Shown: piece by piece, positions 53,600 to 64,000 of the stretch | Layout of the letters: every line of letters begins with the position of its first letter | Position numbering within the stretch: position 1 is the stretch's first letter | Origin: Octopus vulgaris | Lineage: Eukaryota | Direction of reading: 5' to 3' | Assembly (NCBI GenBank): GCA_951406725.2 | Contig: OX597814.1 | Span: 125,612,001-125,676,000, forward strand | DNA length: 64,000 bases | The notes under the pieces: generated by a model | Told to the model about the DNA's origin: nothing | The model's input: only the letters and a program-made list of their open reading frames with translations | The model's database searches: none | Translations under genes and position numbers: made by a program

Positions 53600-54960
53600 A
53601 AGGCGTATGATTAGGTGTTGTTCGCATAAAAACCGAAATAGGAGAGAACAGTAGTGTATGACAATGCTGTAAATGGAGACATGAAAAAAAGCGTCTGATT
53701 AAATGAGTTGTAGTGGCGAGCTACATATTATCGGGCGTTGTTTCGTCTAACATCTGGAAGACGTTCCTTTAACCGATATGTTAGTTAGTCTCTTCTACAC
53801 ACAGACGACTGCACCTGATGGTGCAAGTGAACCGGTTAATGATGTATAGGGTGTTGTTAGTTGCTGTTAGGGAAAAAGTGCTGAGAAAGAAGGGGCAGAT
53901 GTAGCAAAAAGTAAAAGCAGTAAACAAGGGATCGTGGTTTATTGTGTAAAAAGAGGAAGAATTACGGACTAGCACGCTGTGTAGATTGCCGGTACGTCTG
54001 AAGGAGAGGAGGGAATATTTGGGGAAAAAGGTAGGAAGTAGCATCAAAATATTGAAGAAAACTAAAGCACTGTTAGGTAATGCACTGAAGTAACGCTATA
54101 GGGTAATGGATAAGGAGAAAAGGAAGGTGGTTTGTGACAGAAGATCGACATCATGGGCACGGAAGCAAGCAGTATCGACTACTTCTTGAAGATAGCTGCG
54201 TCGTGCAAAGTGGCGAAACATAAACTGAGATTTGGTCTCAAAGTCGGGATCGTGACTACAGAGGCACAGAAGGGATGGAAATGGGAGGAGAGGATAGCAT
54301 ATTTGGCATGAGTGGGGTAACTTAAGATAAAATTGAGGTTACAGTGGGAGTTTCTAGGTTTGTACAACTGTTAAAGGTGGAGATGGTGAGGTTTAGGATG
54401 GCCTATGGAACCGAAGATGTCCAGAAAGTTGTCAAATGTGGTGGAAATGATGGATATGAATTCTAGAACAGGAAAAAAGAGATGATGAAAGTGACGAAAG
54501 TATTGAGCTGTCCGCTGGCGAGAGTCAGGCGACGATACATGAATATGATAAATCTAGAACCCTATAGTGAGTCCAATGAATTGTGTAAGGATCTGAGCTT
54601 CAAAAAATAATTTAGTTAGTTGGGGCTCATCTCAGCAAATAATTAGTTGGGGCGCATTTCAACAAATAAGTGTAGTTGGCGGTGGGGACGAGGGCTGCAC
54701 CAACAAATAATTTAGTGTAGTTGGGTGGTCCATCCCAGTTCTCATGGCCACCGGAGTGACATACAGACAGACACCCAACCCTAGTGGAAAAAAAGACACA
54801 GTTAAGGTTAAGGACGAATTCAACCAGACGGGGAGAGGATAGTAGAGCTGTTGGGATCAACAATAGTGCCATTGTCGAGAAATATCTGAGGGTCAAGACA
54901 CCATCGATATATCGATATGCGGGTGAGAGTGTATAGGGATTAACTACAAAACAATGAGAC
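53600..54960 (-). pseudogene. Decayed Penelope-like element RT plus GIY-YIG
   Basis: PRLVEFVLNLNC, PNYTKLFVG, FLDI, YKPRNSH..LNF..SYPTHAKYAI, SFRRTGNLHSVLVR, C..C, FTC..IRCSR, VARHYNS. Confidence 0.8.
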
Positions 54961-55020
54961 ACATTTTGCTGCACAAAATACCAGTTTTATTTGATTGTTG
55001 CCGCTTATTTGTTCTTTAGT

Positions 55021-55522
55021 GGATGCGCAATAGCCCAGTGGTTAGGGCAGTGGAATCGCGGTCGTAGGATCGCGGTTTCGATTCCCAGACCGGGCATTTT
55101 GAGTGTTTATTGAGCGAAAACACCTAAAGCTCCACGAGGCTCCGGCAGTGGGTGGTGGTGAACCCTGCTGTACTCTTTCACCACAACTTTCTCTCACTCT
55201 TTCTTCCTGTACCTGTTGTACCTGTATTTCAAAGGGCCAGCCTTGTCACACTCTGTGTCATGCTGAATCTCCCCGAGAACTATGTTAAGGGTACGTGTCT
55301 GTGGAGTGCTCAGCCATCTGCACGTTAATAAATGAGCTGCGACGTCACTGGTACCAAGCTGTATCGGCCTTTGCCTTTCCCTTGGATAACATCGGTGGCG
55401 TGGAGAGGGGAGGCTGGTATGCGTGGGCGACTGCTGGTCTTCCATAAACAATCTTGCCCAGACTTGTGCCTCGGAAGGTAACTTTCTGGGTGCAATCCCA
55501 TGGTCATTCACGACCAAAGGGT
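55021..55522 (+). mobile_element. SINE family C head/body apparently joined to another repeat 3' part
   Basis: tRNA-like head GGATGCGCAATAGCCCAGTGGTTAGGGCAG; possible junction near 55330. Confidence 0.7.
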
Positions 55523-56039
55523 CACAACAATTTGGTCTTTACCAAATATACCCTGCTGGCTGTGGTTGATGTACTGCTCAGTGTGCTCTATCCAACTTTT
55601 CCTTAATCAGGTTGTGATTTCATGAAGATTTGGTTGCTATTTCTAGCAGTTCGGGTAGTCACACAGAGACTTTTGTTAGAAAGAATTGATAAACCGGCTT
55701 CTATTTACATGGTTTCATATCATGAAACCTTGAATTTAATTAGCCAAACTGTGTAAAGGATAACAAATTTAATGATCTCATCAACTGTACCCAACTGAGA
55801 CATCAAACTTGACGAAGCTATGTGCCACGCGTAAAGAGACAATGTCCGATGCTAGTTAGAAATCAAAGATACACAGAGAATTATCTAGAAATACACTTGA
55901 TTGCTAATTATTTAGAAACGGCTTTTTTCTTCTCCTCTGTGACATCCGACGTCACTTATGACAGTACATGCTCTTACACATGCTGCCCAGCACACACGGA
56001 TACCTACATACAGGCGTACGTACAAACATGCACATATCC

Positions 56040-56830
56040 ATTTTCTTCATCTCTTCGCTTTTCCTCACACCCTCCTCTCTTTCCCCCCTCTCTCTCTCTC
56101 TCCCTCCCACCTTCTCTCATTTAGATGAACATAAAGACACTCTTTCACACATTCTCACATGCAAACACATTCACAATTATACACACACACACACTAACAC
56201 GCACAGTATATTTGCTCTCTCGCCTGTACACTCCCCCCAAAAACATGAACACATTCTGTCTCTCTCTCTCTTTCTCTCTCTCACACACACTTTATTTCTC
56301 TTTCTTAACCCCCTCTCTCTCTCGTATGTCCCTTGCCGTCACACACAATCTCCCCTTTTTCATATGTAATTTTCTAATCTCTTGCTGACATTTTTTTATG
56401 AACACCTGATTTCTCATTTCCACTATTAACCCCCCCTCCCACCCTATCTCTCTCTCTCTCTCCCACTCTATCTCACTCTCTCTATCTATCTATCTCTATC
56501 TATCTATCTATCTATCTATCTCGCCCCTCTTTCTCTATATTTCTTTCACACAAACAAATTCCTTGCTTCCTTCTATCACACATACACACACATACTCATT
56601 CACTCATTTTCTCTTTTAGTATCTATTTTTCTCTTTCACACATACACACATACACACATATACACACACACACACATACACACACACTCACTCATTCATT
56701 ATCTCTTTCTCTGCTCTCTTTCCTTCACACACGCATTCTCTTTATTTCTTTCAATACGTCTTTCTCCTCTCTTCCTGCCCCCCTCTCAGTGTCATTCTAG
56801 TCTCTCATACACATAATTTCATTCACTCTC

Positions 56831-56875
<45 letters not shown>

Positions 56876-57047
56876 TACACATAATCACTCTTCCTCTCTC
56901 TTTCTCCAATCCAATATTACTGTCGTTTCATAGCTTTCTCATTTCCATTCCTTCCTCTCTTTCTCTCTTGATAATTCTCTTTCCTTCTTTCTCTTGATTT
57001 CTTTTTTTCAGTGTCTGTCTTTCTTTCTCCCATCTCGTTCAATATAT

Positions 57048-57118
<71 letters not shown>

Positions 57119-57211
57119 TTTGTATCTTTCCGTCTCTATCGCTCCCCTAATCTTTCCCGTGCAAAGACATACAAACACACAAAAACAGACACAAAACACG
57201 CGCAAACACAA

Positions 57212-57250
<39 letters not shown>

Positions 57251-57300
57251 CAAACAAACAGCCGAACATACACGCACAAACACACACAATTTTGCACGAC
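56040..57300. repeat. Low-complexity (CT)n/(CA)n/(TA)n region
   Basis: Direct inspection. Confidence 0.9.
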
Positions 57301-58199
57301 AGTGACTTAATGAATAGCATTTGATTGGGATATAAAAGCAAATCTATAATTATGTCATTGTTGGAACTATGAGAAGAGTAAATGAAGACGAGGTTGTGTT
57401 GCCACGTGATGTTTATCGTCATCATTAAAACACACGTTAGGTGTGACATAACAGCTTGCTATGATTCTATCAGATATCCTTTATCTGTGCAATAATATGT
57501 TAAGGATTTAGACAATATATAGCTGTAGTTGTATAAACTATTGCTGAAACTGTTAGTTAAGTGGGTACTGACATGTTTAATGAGCATACACACACACATA
57601 CACACATGCACACACACACGCACACACACGTCGCAGCAATTCACATCACATTACACAACAAACATATTAACTATATGTTATTCATGCAGAATGAATCCCC
57701 GAGAATTATTCCTATCTCATTATAGCAGAAAATGCGCAGCAGTAACAGCTGGTCTTGCTATTGTCTTTGTTTTTGTAGCTACTGTTGCAGTTGGTATTGT
57801 TGTTGTTGTTGCTGTTGAGGATGTTATTGTTATGGCTATTATTATTATTATTATTATTATTTCGTCATCAACGGCAATGGTGATGACGTCCATGTTGTTC
57901 TTTCTCCCCAGGGTACTCCAGATCCAATCCTGACCAAAGGTATTCCAACTGTAACCACATCTGGTCTTTGAAGTAGGAACGTTTAATACGTTGCCCAGTT
58001 AAACACCTTCTCATGTCCTGTTACGAGATAATATTTGTCAAATATTATCTCTGTTACGAGATAATATTTGACACGAACAGCAGAATGGCGGGACATGTTT
58101 TTTTCTTTCCTTCTTGTATAACGGTGACGTTTGTTTACAAGCAGCACCCAATGTCAAGAGAAAGAGACACGAACACACACAAACGTGTAGCTGTATATC

Positions 58200-58700
58200 A
58201 ATCATGCAGAAGCCACAAAGAGTGGCAGCATAGGAGACTAGCAAAATCCTCTGAGATTTCCCAATCCGAACCGATCAGGTGCTAGAGTATAACGGGACCT
58301 GGTGGTGGTCGACAAGATGCACTACATGTGCTATATAGTTGATGTTGCATGCTCCTTTGACCTACGAACAGTCAAGAAGGAAAACCAAACGATAGATAAA
58401 TACAACACTCTTAAGTACGAAATAGCCCGACTATAGAAAGAAAAGAAGGTGAAGATAGTGCCAATTATTGTTTGGTCCTTGGGAACAGTATTAGAAGGCA
58501 TCAAGGGGAATATAAAGGAAATTGGAATGGAGTGCCCAGTAGAACTTTTACAAAAGGTCTGCCTCTTTAGCACGGCCAGAATAATCAGGTAAGTATTAGA
58601 TAGCTGAAAATAACGGATAGCATGGGCTGCAGGTAGCAAGCTCGCTGCGCATTCAAGATTCCAGGAGCTCCAACGAAACCTGTGATAAAAAGAAATAATA
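58200..58700 (+). pseudogene. R4/Dong-type restriction-like endonuclease 3' end
   Basis: IVDVACSFD...KYNTLKYEIARL..KVKIVPIIV.SLGTV...ELLQKVCLFSTARIIR; ends in (TAA)n. Confidence 0.8.
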
Positions 58701-58963
58701 ATAATGTTAATAATGGTCGTTCCAGTCGATTTCGACATTTAAAGTTTTTAAAAAGAAAGTGCGAAAAAGAGAAAACAGCTTTTAAAAGGAAAAAAAGCAA
58801 AGAAGCTGCATGTATTTGCGATGGATGCGTAAATATAATTTGAGTCCATGTATGGATTTTGTTATGTAGTCACAATGGGGACATTGGTGATTTTAATTTT
58901 GACTAGGATTGAGCAAATGTGTCTGTTGATTGTAGGATATAATTCTTTTATTGTTGTTCTTCC

Positions 58964-59700
58964 TCAACACAAATTGTTGTTTGATGCATCGTGAGACATT
59001 TTACACAATGCAGATCGATCTAGGCAATGAATTTCCCAAGATGTCAAGTTAAGCTGTAGAAATTTTGGGGATTGCTTCAGCGTATCCTTAAACCTAAGGA
59101 TAGGTCTTCCTTTGCTGCGATATCCCTCCACTTGTTGGCCATACAAAAGAAGTTGGGGAATGCAGTCATTTTTCATTCGAGCAACATGTCCTACTCCTTC
59201 GCACTGAATTCTCAGCAGTATGCTTTGGATAACGAAGTTGTCACATTTTCCTAACATTTTGACATTTGACATCTTATCTTGCCATTTTATGTTGCAGATA
59301 TTGCGTAAACAGCACATGCGAAAGGATTCAAGTTTCTTTATATGTCTGTCGTAGGGAGTCCATGCTTCTGCCTCATACAAAGGTCTGCTCAAAATAAAGA
59401 TTTGTACACACTTATTTTAGATTTTCTGGTTTTCAGACTGACACTGTATTCATCCCACAAACGATGAGAAAGTTTTCCAAAAGCACTTGTAGCCTTATAT
59501 ATTCTAACATTGATTTTGTTACCAAGTTTACTATACTTCCAAAATATGTAAATGACTCGAACCATTTGAGTAGCCTGCTGTCTATCATCACGTCTGAATC
59601 TTGAGTATGTTCTGCCCCAGTTCTTGGCTGGAATAAAACTTCAGTCTTCATAATGCTAACAGTCCAAATGCAATGCTCTCAAGCTTTGAGAATTAGCAGC
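58964..59700 (-). pseudogene. RTE-clade LINE 3' remnant
   Basis: KTEVLFQP, FTYFGS, YEAEAWT..RHIKKLESF..CLRNI.NIKWQDK, GHVARM..IPQLLLYGQ, GRPILRFKDTLK. Confidence 0.88.
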
Positions 59701-60099
59701 CTGTTCCAATTCTTGGACATTTTTTGCCCACCAAGAATTTTTCATCTCACGCATTTTTTCTGTGTAGTTAAGGTATTTGTTAAACTATATGTAAAGAGAT
59801 CATTGATATCTAGTATATATCCGAGTATAATGTCTCTTCTTTAGAAAATCCAGAAACGACAAAACATTTTAAGTGCATTTAAACTTAGAGCTTGCGAAAA
59901 CAGAGGAAAGCAATGACCATGAAGTGACAGCATCAAATCATCTGCTGAAGAAACTCTATGATTCGTGAAACGCAAGCACTAAGATTGGTTTAATGAGAAT
60001 GATTCTCAAATTAAACCTCTCCTAGAAACTATGCACAAGAGTCACAAACTCACCAATACTCAGATCCCTATACAGCTTCTCTGGAAATAAGAATAAGCC

Positions 60100-60300
60100 A
60101 AAATATAGACAAATGGCTGAAGAAAATTGAAATAGAATGCCCGGTAGAACTGCAAGAGAAAGTTTGTCTCTTATGGACAGCAACGATTATCAGGAGGGTT
60201 CTAAGCACTTGAAAGATTGTTGGAAACTTGTGGATACCTAAGATTGCAGGTAGTAACCCGCTATCCACATAATTCCTCCCAGGAATAAGACAACCCGAAC
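60100..60300 (+). pseudogene. Second R4/Dong 3'-end fragment
   Basis: WLKKIEIECPVELQEKVCLLWTATIIRRVLST*, with a 3'UTR like that at ~58620, before (TAA)/(TGA)n. Confidence 0.75.
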
Positions 60301-60330
60301 CAAACCAAAATAAAAATGATAATAATAATA

Positions 60331-60374
<44 letters not shown>

Positions 60375-60599
60375 CCTTTCTACTAAAGGCACAAGGCCTG
60401 AAATTTGTGGGGAGGGGACCAGTCGATAACATCGACCCCAGTGTTTCATTGGTACTTAATTTATCGGTCCTGAAAGGATGAAAAGCAAAGTCGACCTCGA
60501 CAGAATATGATGTCAGAACGTAGTGGCAGACGAAAATACCGCTAAGCATTTCACCCGGCATGCTAACGATTCTGCCAATACTATTACTACTACTACTAC

Positions 60600-60668
<69 letters not shown>

Positions 60669-60885
60669 TGATGATGATGATGATGATGATGATAATAATA
60701 ATAATAATAAAAATAGTAATTCTTTGTGCTATAGACTCAACGCCTGGATTTTTGTGGGGAGGAGGACAATCGATCACATCGACTCCAATACTTGACTGGT
60801 ACATGATTTATCGATCCTGAAAGGATGAAAGGCAAAGTCGACCTCGGTGGAAATTGAACTCAGAACTTGGACACGGACGAAATGG
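60375..60885 (-). mobile_element. Two SINE family B variants separated by (TAA)n/(TGA)n
   Basis: Family B central motif at ~60420-60520 and ~60770-60865. Confidence 0.8.
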
Positions 60886-63359
60886 CCTGATGCAGTATCA
60901 GGCAGTGGCACTCGTGACTTTTGGTCTTAACTGATTGGAAGTGTTACCATGTACATTATTTTGTCTTGGTATAAAAGATGGGCTACAGCAAATATTCGGC
61001 TCAATACCACAGATTTGTTTTTCAGTTGCTTAGCCTTAACCACGTAAGCATGTCCCTTAGTCGCGGTTAATATGTCCAACTATGATCATGAGCAAGAGTA
61101 GTGGGGGAGTATCATAACCATGTGCTGAGAGGAATTCTTTGGGGTTTGGATAACTCACCTCTTGAAACATGGGCATTCTATACATCATCCTTAAACAAAC
61201 GTTTTTCATGGACCTTTTGAGCGGGATGAGTTAATCAACGAAAATTCTAAATGGGCCCCACCTGCAAGATCATGCGCTGTTTATCTTGATATAAGGTTAC
61301 CATGTCGCGCGCATATGGTTGAGATGCATGTACCTGGTGTTCCATTATCAGACGGGTAGTTATGATGGATATATTAGACTTCGTATATTTGTACCCCATT
61401 GTCACTTTGATGGCATGCATTGCTCTCTCACTCAATAACAATAGTAATGATGATGATGATGGTGATGATGATGATGATGATTCCTTTTTTTTTTACCACT
61501 AGAGTCCAAGACATTGAGGACAATATCAAAAGACGAAATACAACACACAAACGGAGTAGAGTCTCCATTGATCAAAGGGAGACACTACGACTACAATGAT
61601 ATAAAAATAGAATTTAGGAAAAAAATTAATGAATAGAATCCCCATAGGGGAGTACTCTCCCGACTGTAATTCGGGGAAAACCCCACCCAGAAAGTCCAGG
61701 ATTATTCTGCTATCTCCAAGGCATGGGAAATACCATCTTACCGTTTCTTTCGTCCGACTTAAAAAAGCTTGCAACAGAGTAGTTCCATTCATCCTCAAAA
61801 GTCCTGCCACTCTTTTATTTGGTCTTCAGTGTGACATAAAGTCAAGAAGAATGATCAGACCATTGTCATGAACAGACTAATATTTCAGGTGATACTGGTT
61901 AGATTTGAACTCGGATATGAGTTTTCCTAAACACTACCAACGAATGTAAGGGTTTTGGTTGCATGATCTCCGTATAGTAAACGATATTTCTTCGATATAT
62001 ACAGACTGTGTTTTTGTATTGTTGAAAGAATCGAAATTGCACTGTATGTACCTAGGTTGCAATATGAATGACATCTGTATACGGAAGATTCGGGAGGTGC
62101 GAAGATACGTCAGGCAATGGAGTCCCAGACATACAGATGTAGGAAGGGCATTCATGGTTGCAATGCCTTTGTTTTTTAGGTCTTACTGTATCAGAACCAA
62201 CTAGGGACTAAACAACAATAACCATACTCTCCTATAATCAGAATATTTATCTATGTCAGTTCTGTGCGGCGATAAAGAATATAAGAAGCTGCACTGGTAG
62301 ACTTTTACTAATATTGCGGAACAATAATTTCTTATATTTGCATAAATCTATAACAGAAAGACACAGTCGATAAAATCGATCTCTGTAAATAATTGGTACT
62401 TATCTTAATTAATAGGGAAGTTAGGTAAGTAAATTTGCCAGAGAGTGTAAAGTCTAACACTTCGGGCATTGCCTTTCCTATGAGAGTGAAGACAAGAGAG
62501 AGAAAAGTGTGATGTTTTCGCTTGTAATCGAGGCGGGTATCGATCGTGAAGGAATAGAAAACAAAGTTGGCAGCATATAAAGAGCCGTAGCAAAACACCG
62601 CAGCACACTTTGTTTGGCGTTCTACAGAGTCTGTCATCATCCACCTTTAGCGCTGTGCTTAATAATAGAATATTAATTGAAAGATATTTCTCATACACAA
62701 TGTAAGATTATGTAGTATTTTTACTTTGGAAATCTAGCACAAACTATAAGAGATTAAACTCCAGCATCTTGTTTTATCATAATAATATATATTACTAGTA
62801 CATTGATAATGGCTCTGTGAATGCTACAACACAATATGGAATATATCTATAGATTTTAGCCTACATGGTATGTAGTAGTCAGTTGTAAATATCATAGCTT
62901 AATATACAATATTTTTCACGGACAGGAAGCCATATGAAATTCCAGCAAAGGGTTGAAATTAGTCTGGCTGGTCCTTTTTTTTTCTGTGGAGATACTGTAA
63001 ACGAGTGACGGCAGGTATGTGTTAGCCACCTTCATGCATAACAGGTGTAAATATCTTTTTATCGACTCAAGGCAAGTCTTAAAGAATGAGAGCACATTAT
63101 TGATGAGGAGGTGAAAGCGACGAAAGGACTTTGATAAACAAACAACCGATTGATTTTTTTGACCAACACATTAAACAAACGATCGATTAATTAATTGGTT
63201 TCATATTTAACCAATTAACTAACAATGGAAAATTGATATTGAACCAGTGTATGTGTTTATTATCATTGGCGCGATGGCCCTCCCAAGACACACGATTCAT
63301 TTCAACTCACGAATTCTCATCAAGACTCTTGCAAACCAAATACAAAAGCATAGGGTGTG

Positions 63360-63425
<66 letters not shown>

Positions 63426-64000
63426 GGTTAAGTAATTGAGATTCAAGTGAATTCTAAAGAATTCACATGAATATGGTCCTTAACTAGGATGCACCGGAAA
63501 TCTATATGGTGTTAACCATACGACAAGTGGGGTGATTACAAATAGGAAAAAAGCAACAAGAATGGATTAAAATCTCGGTACGATCGTTTCGTACGAGGAC
63601 ATCTTTAATAAGCTACAAAAAATGCAGTGATATGATAGTCACTTTGCTTTTACTCAGACTTTCCTCTACATGATATGGCAGTCACTTTGCCTCTTACTCG
63701 GATTTTCAGAAATTTTGCATGACTGTATCCGAAAATTTCTTCACACAACTTGATTAAAAATTCAATATGAGCTATATGTAGACATGCACAAATTCTGTAA
63801 GTTTAAAACCTTTCATCGGATCTCCATGAATCGAACATTCTTCAATGCAGTTAATCTTACAACCTCTTTTGTATCTACCCCTTTTGATGTTTGGGAATTC
63901 TCTGATGTTTTTTCGGCTGACGAGTACGAGCCATCTGTATTCACTGCATTTGTAGCTTATTAAAGATGTCCTCGTACGAAACGATCGTACCGAGATTTTA
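63426..64000. mobile_element. Fold-back PLE-like element (runs to window edge)
   Basis: Starts after (TA)n; tail 63426-63567; arm 63568-63630 is the near-exact reverse complement of ~63941-64000. Confidence 0.8.
63912..63994 (+). ncRNA. Type I hammerhead ribozyme with extended helix II
   Basis: TTCGG CTGACGA GTACGAG-(40 nt incl. CATCT/AGATG)-CTCGTAC GAAA CGATC GTA CCGAG; canonical core, palindromic helix III ACGATCGT. Confidence 0.88.

Noticed and set aside
62332-62698. Two ~100-aa minus-strand ORFs and a possible 9-nt plus-strand microexon near 62416-62424
   Set aside because: No recognisable protein motif; weak polypyrimidine tract.

Overview
AT-rich, microsatellite-dense, repeat-saturated eukaryotic DNA; the SINE repertoire looks like an octopus/coleoid cephalopod genome (inference). 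No host protein-coding gene is recognisable, and most ORF-track entries are translated microsatellites. The window holds several tRNA-derived SINE families, decayed Tc1/mariner, pogo, Chapaev-like and Helitron elements, and CR1-group, R4/Dong, RTE and Penelope-like (PLE) retroelement remnants. The main observation is a set of seven short fold-back (inverted-repeat) insertions with mutually unrelated sequences, mostly at (TA)n tracts. Six of them carry complete or partial minimal type I hammerhead ribozyme (HHR) motifs, usually with a palindromic helix III. These include an intact-looking U3:A8 core variant, extended-helix-II forms and HHRs on both strands. One fold-back encloses a PLE GIY-YIG C-terminus, linking the set to Penelope-like elements. 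All structures were read by eye; no searches or folding computations were run.
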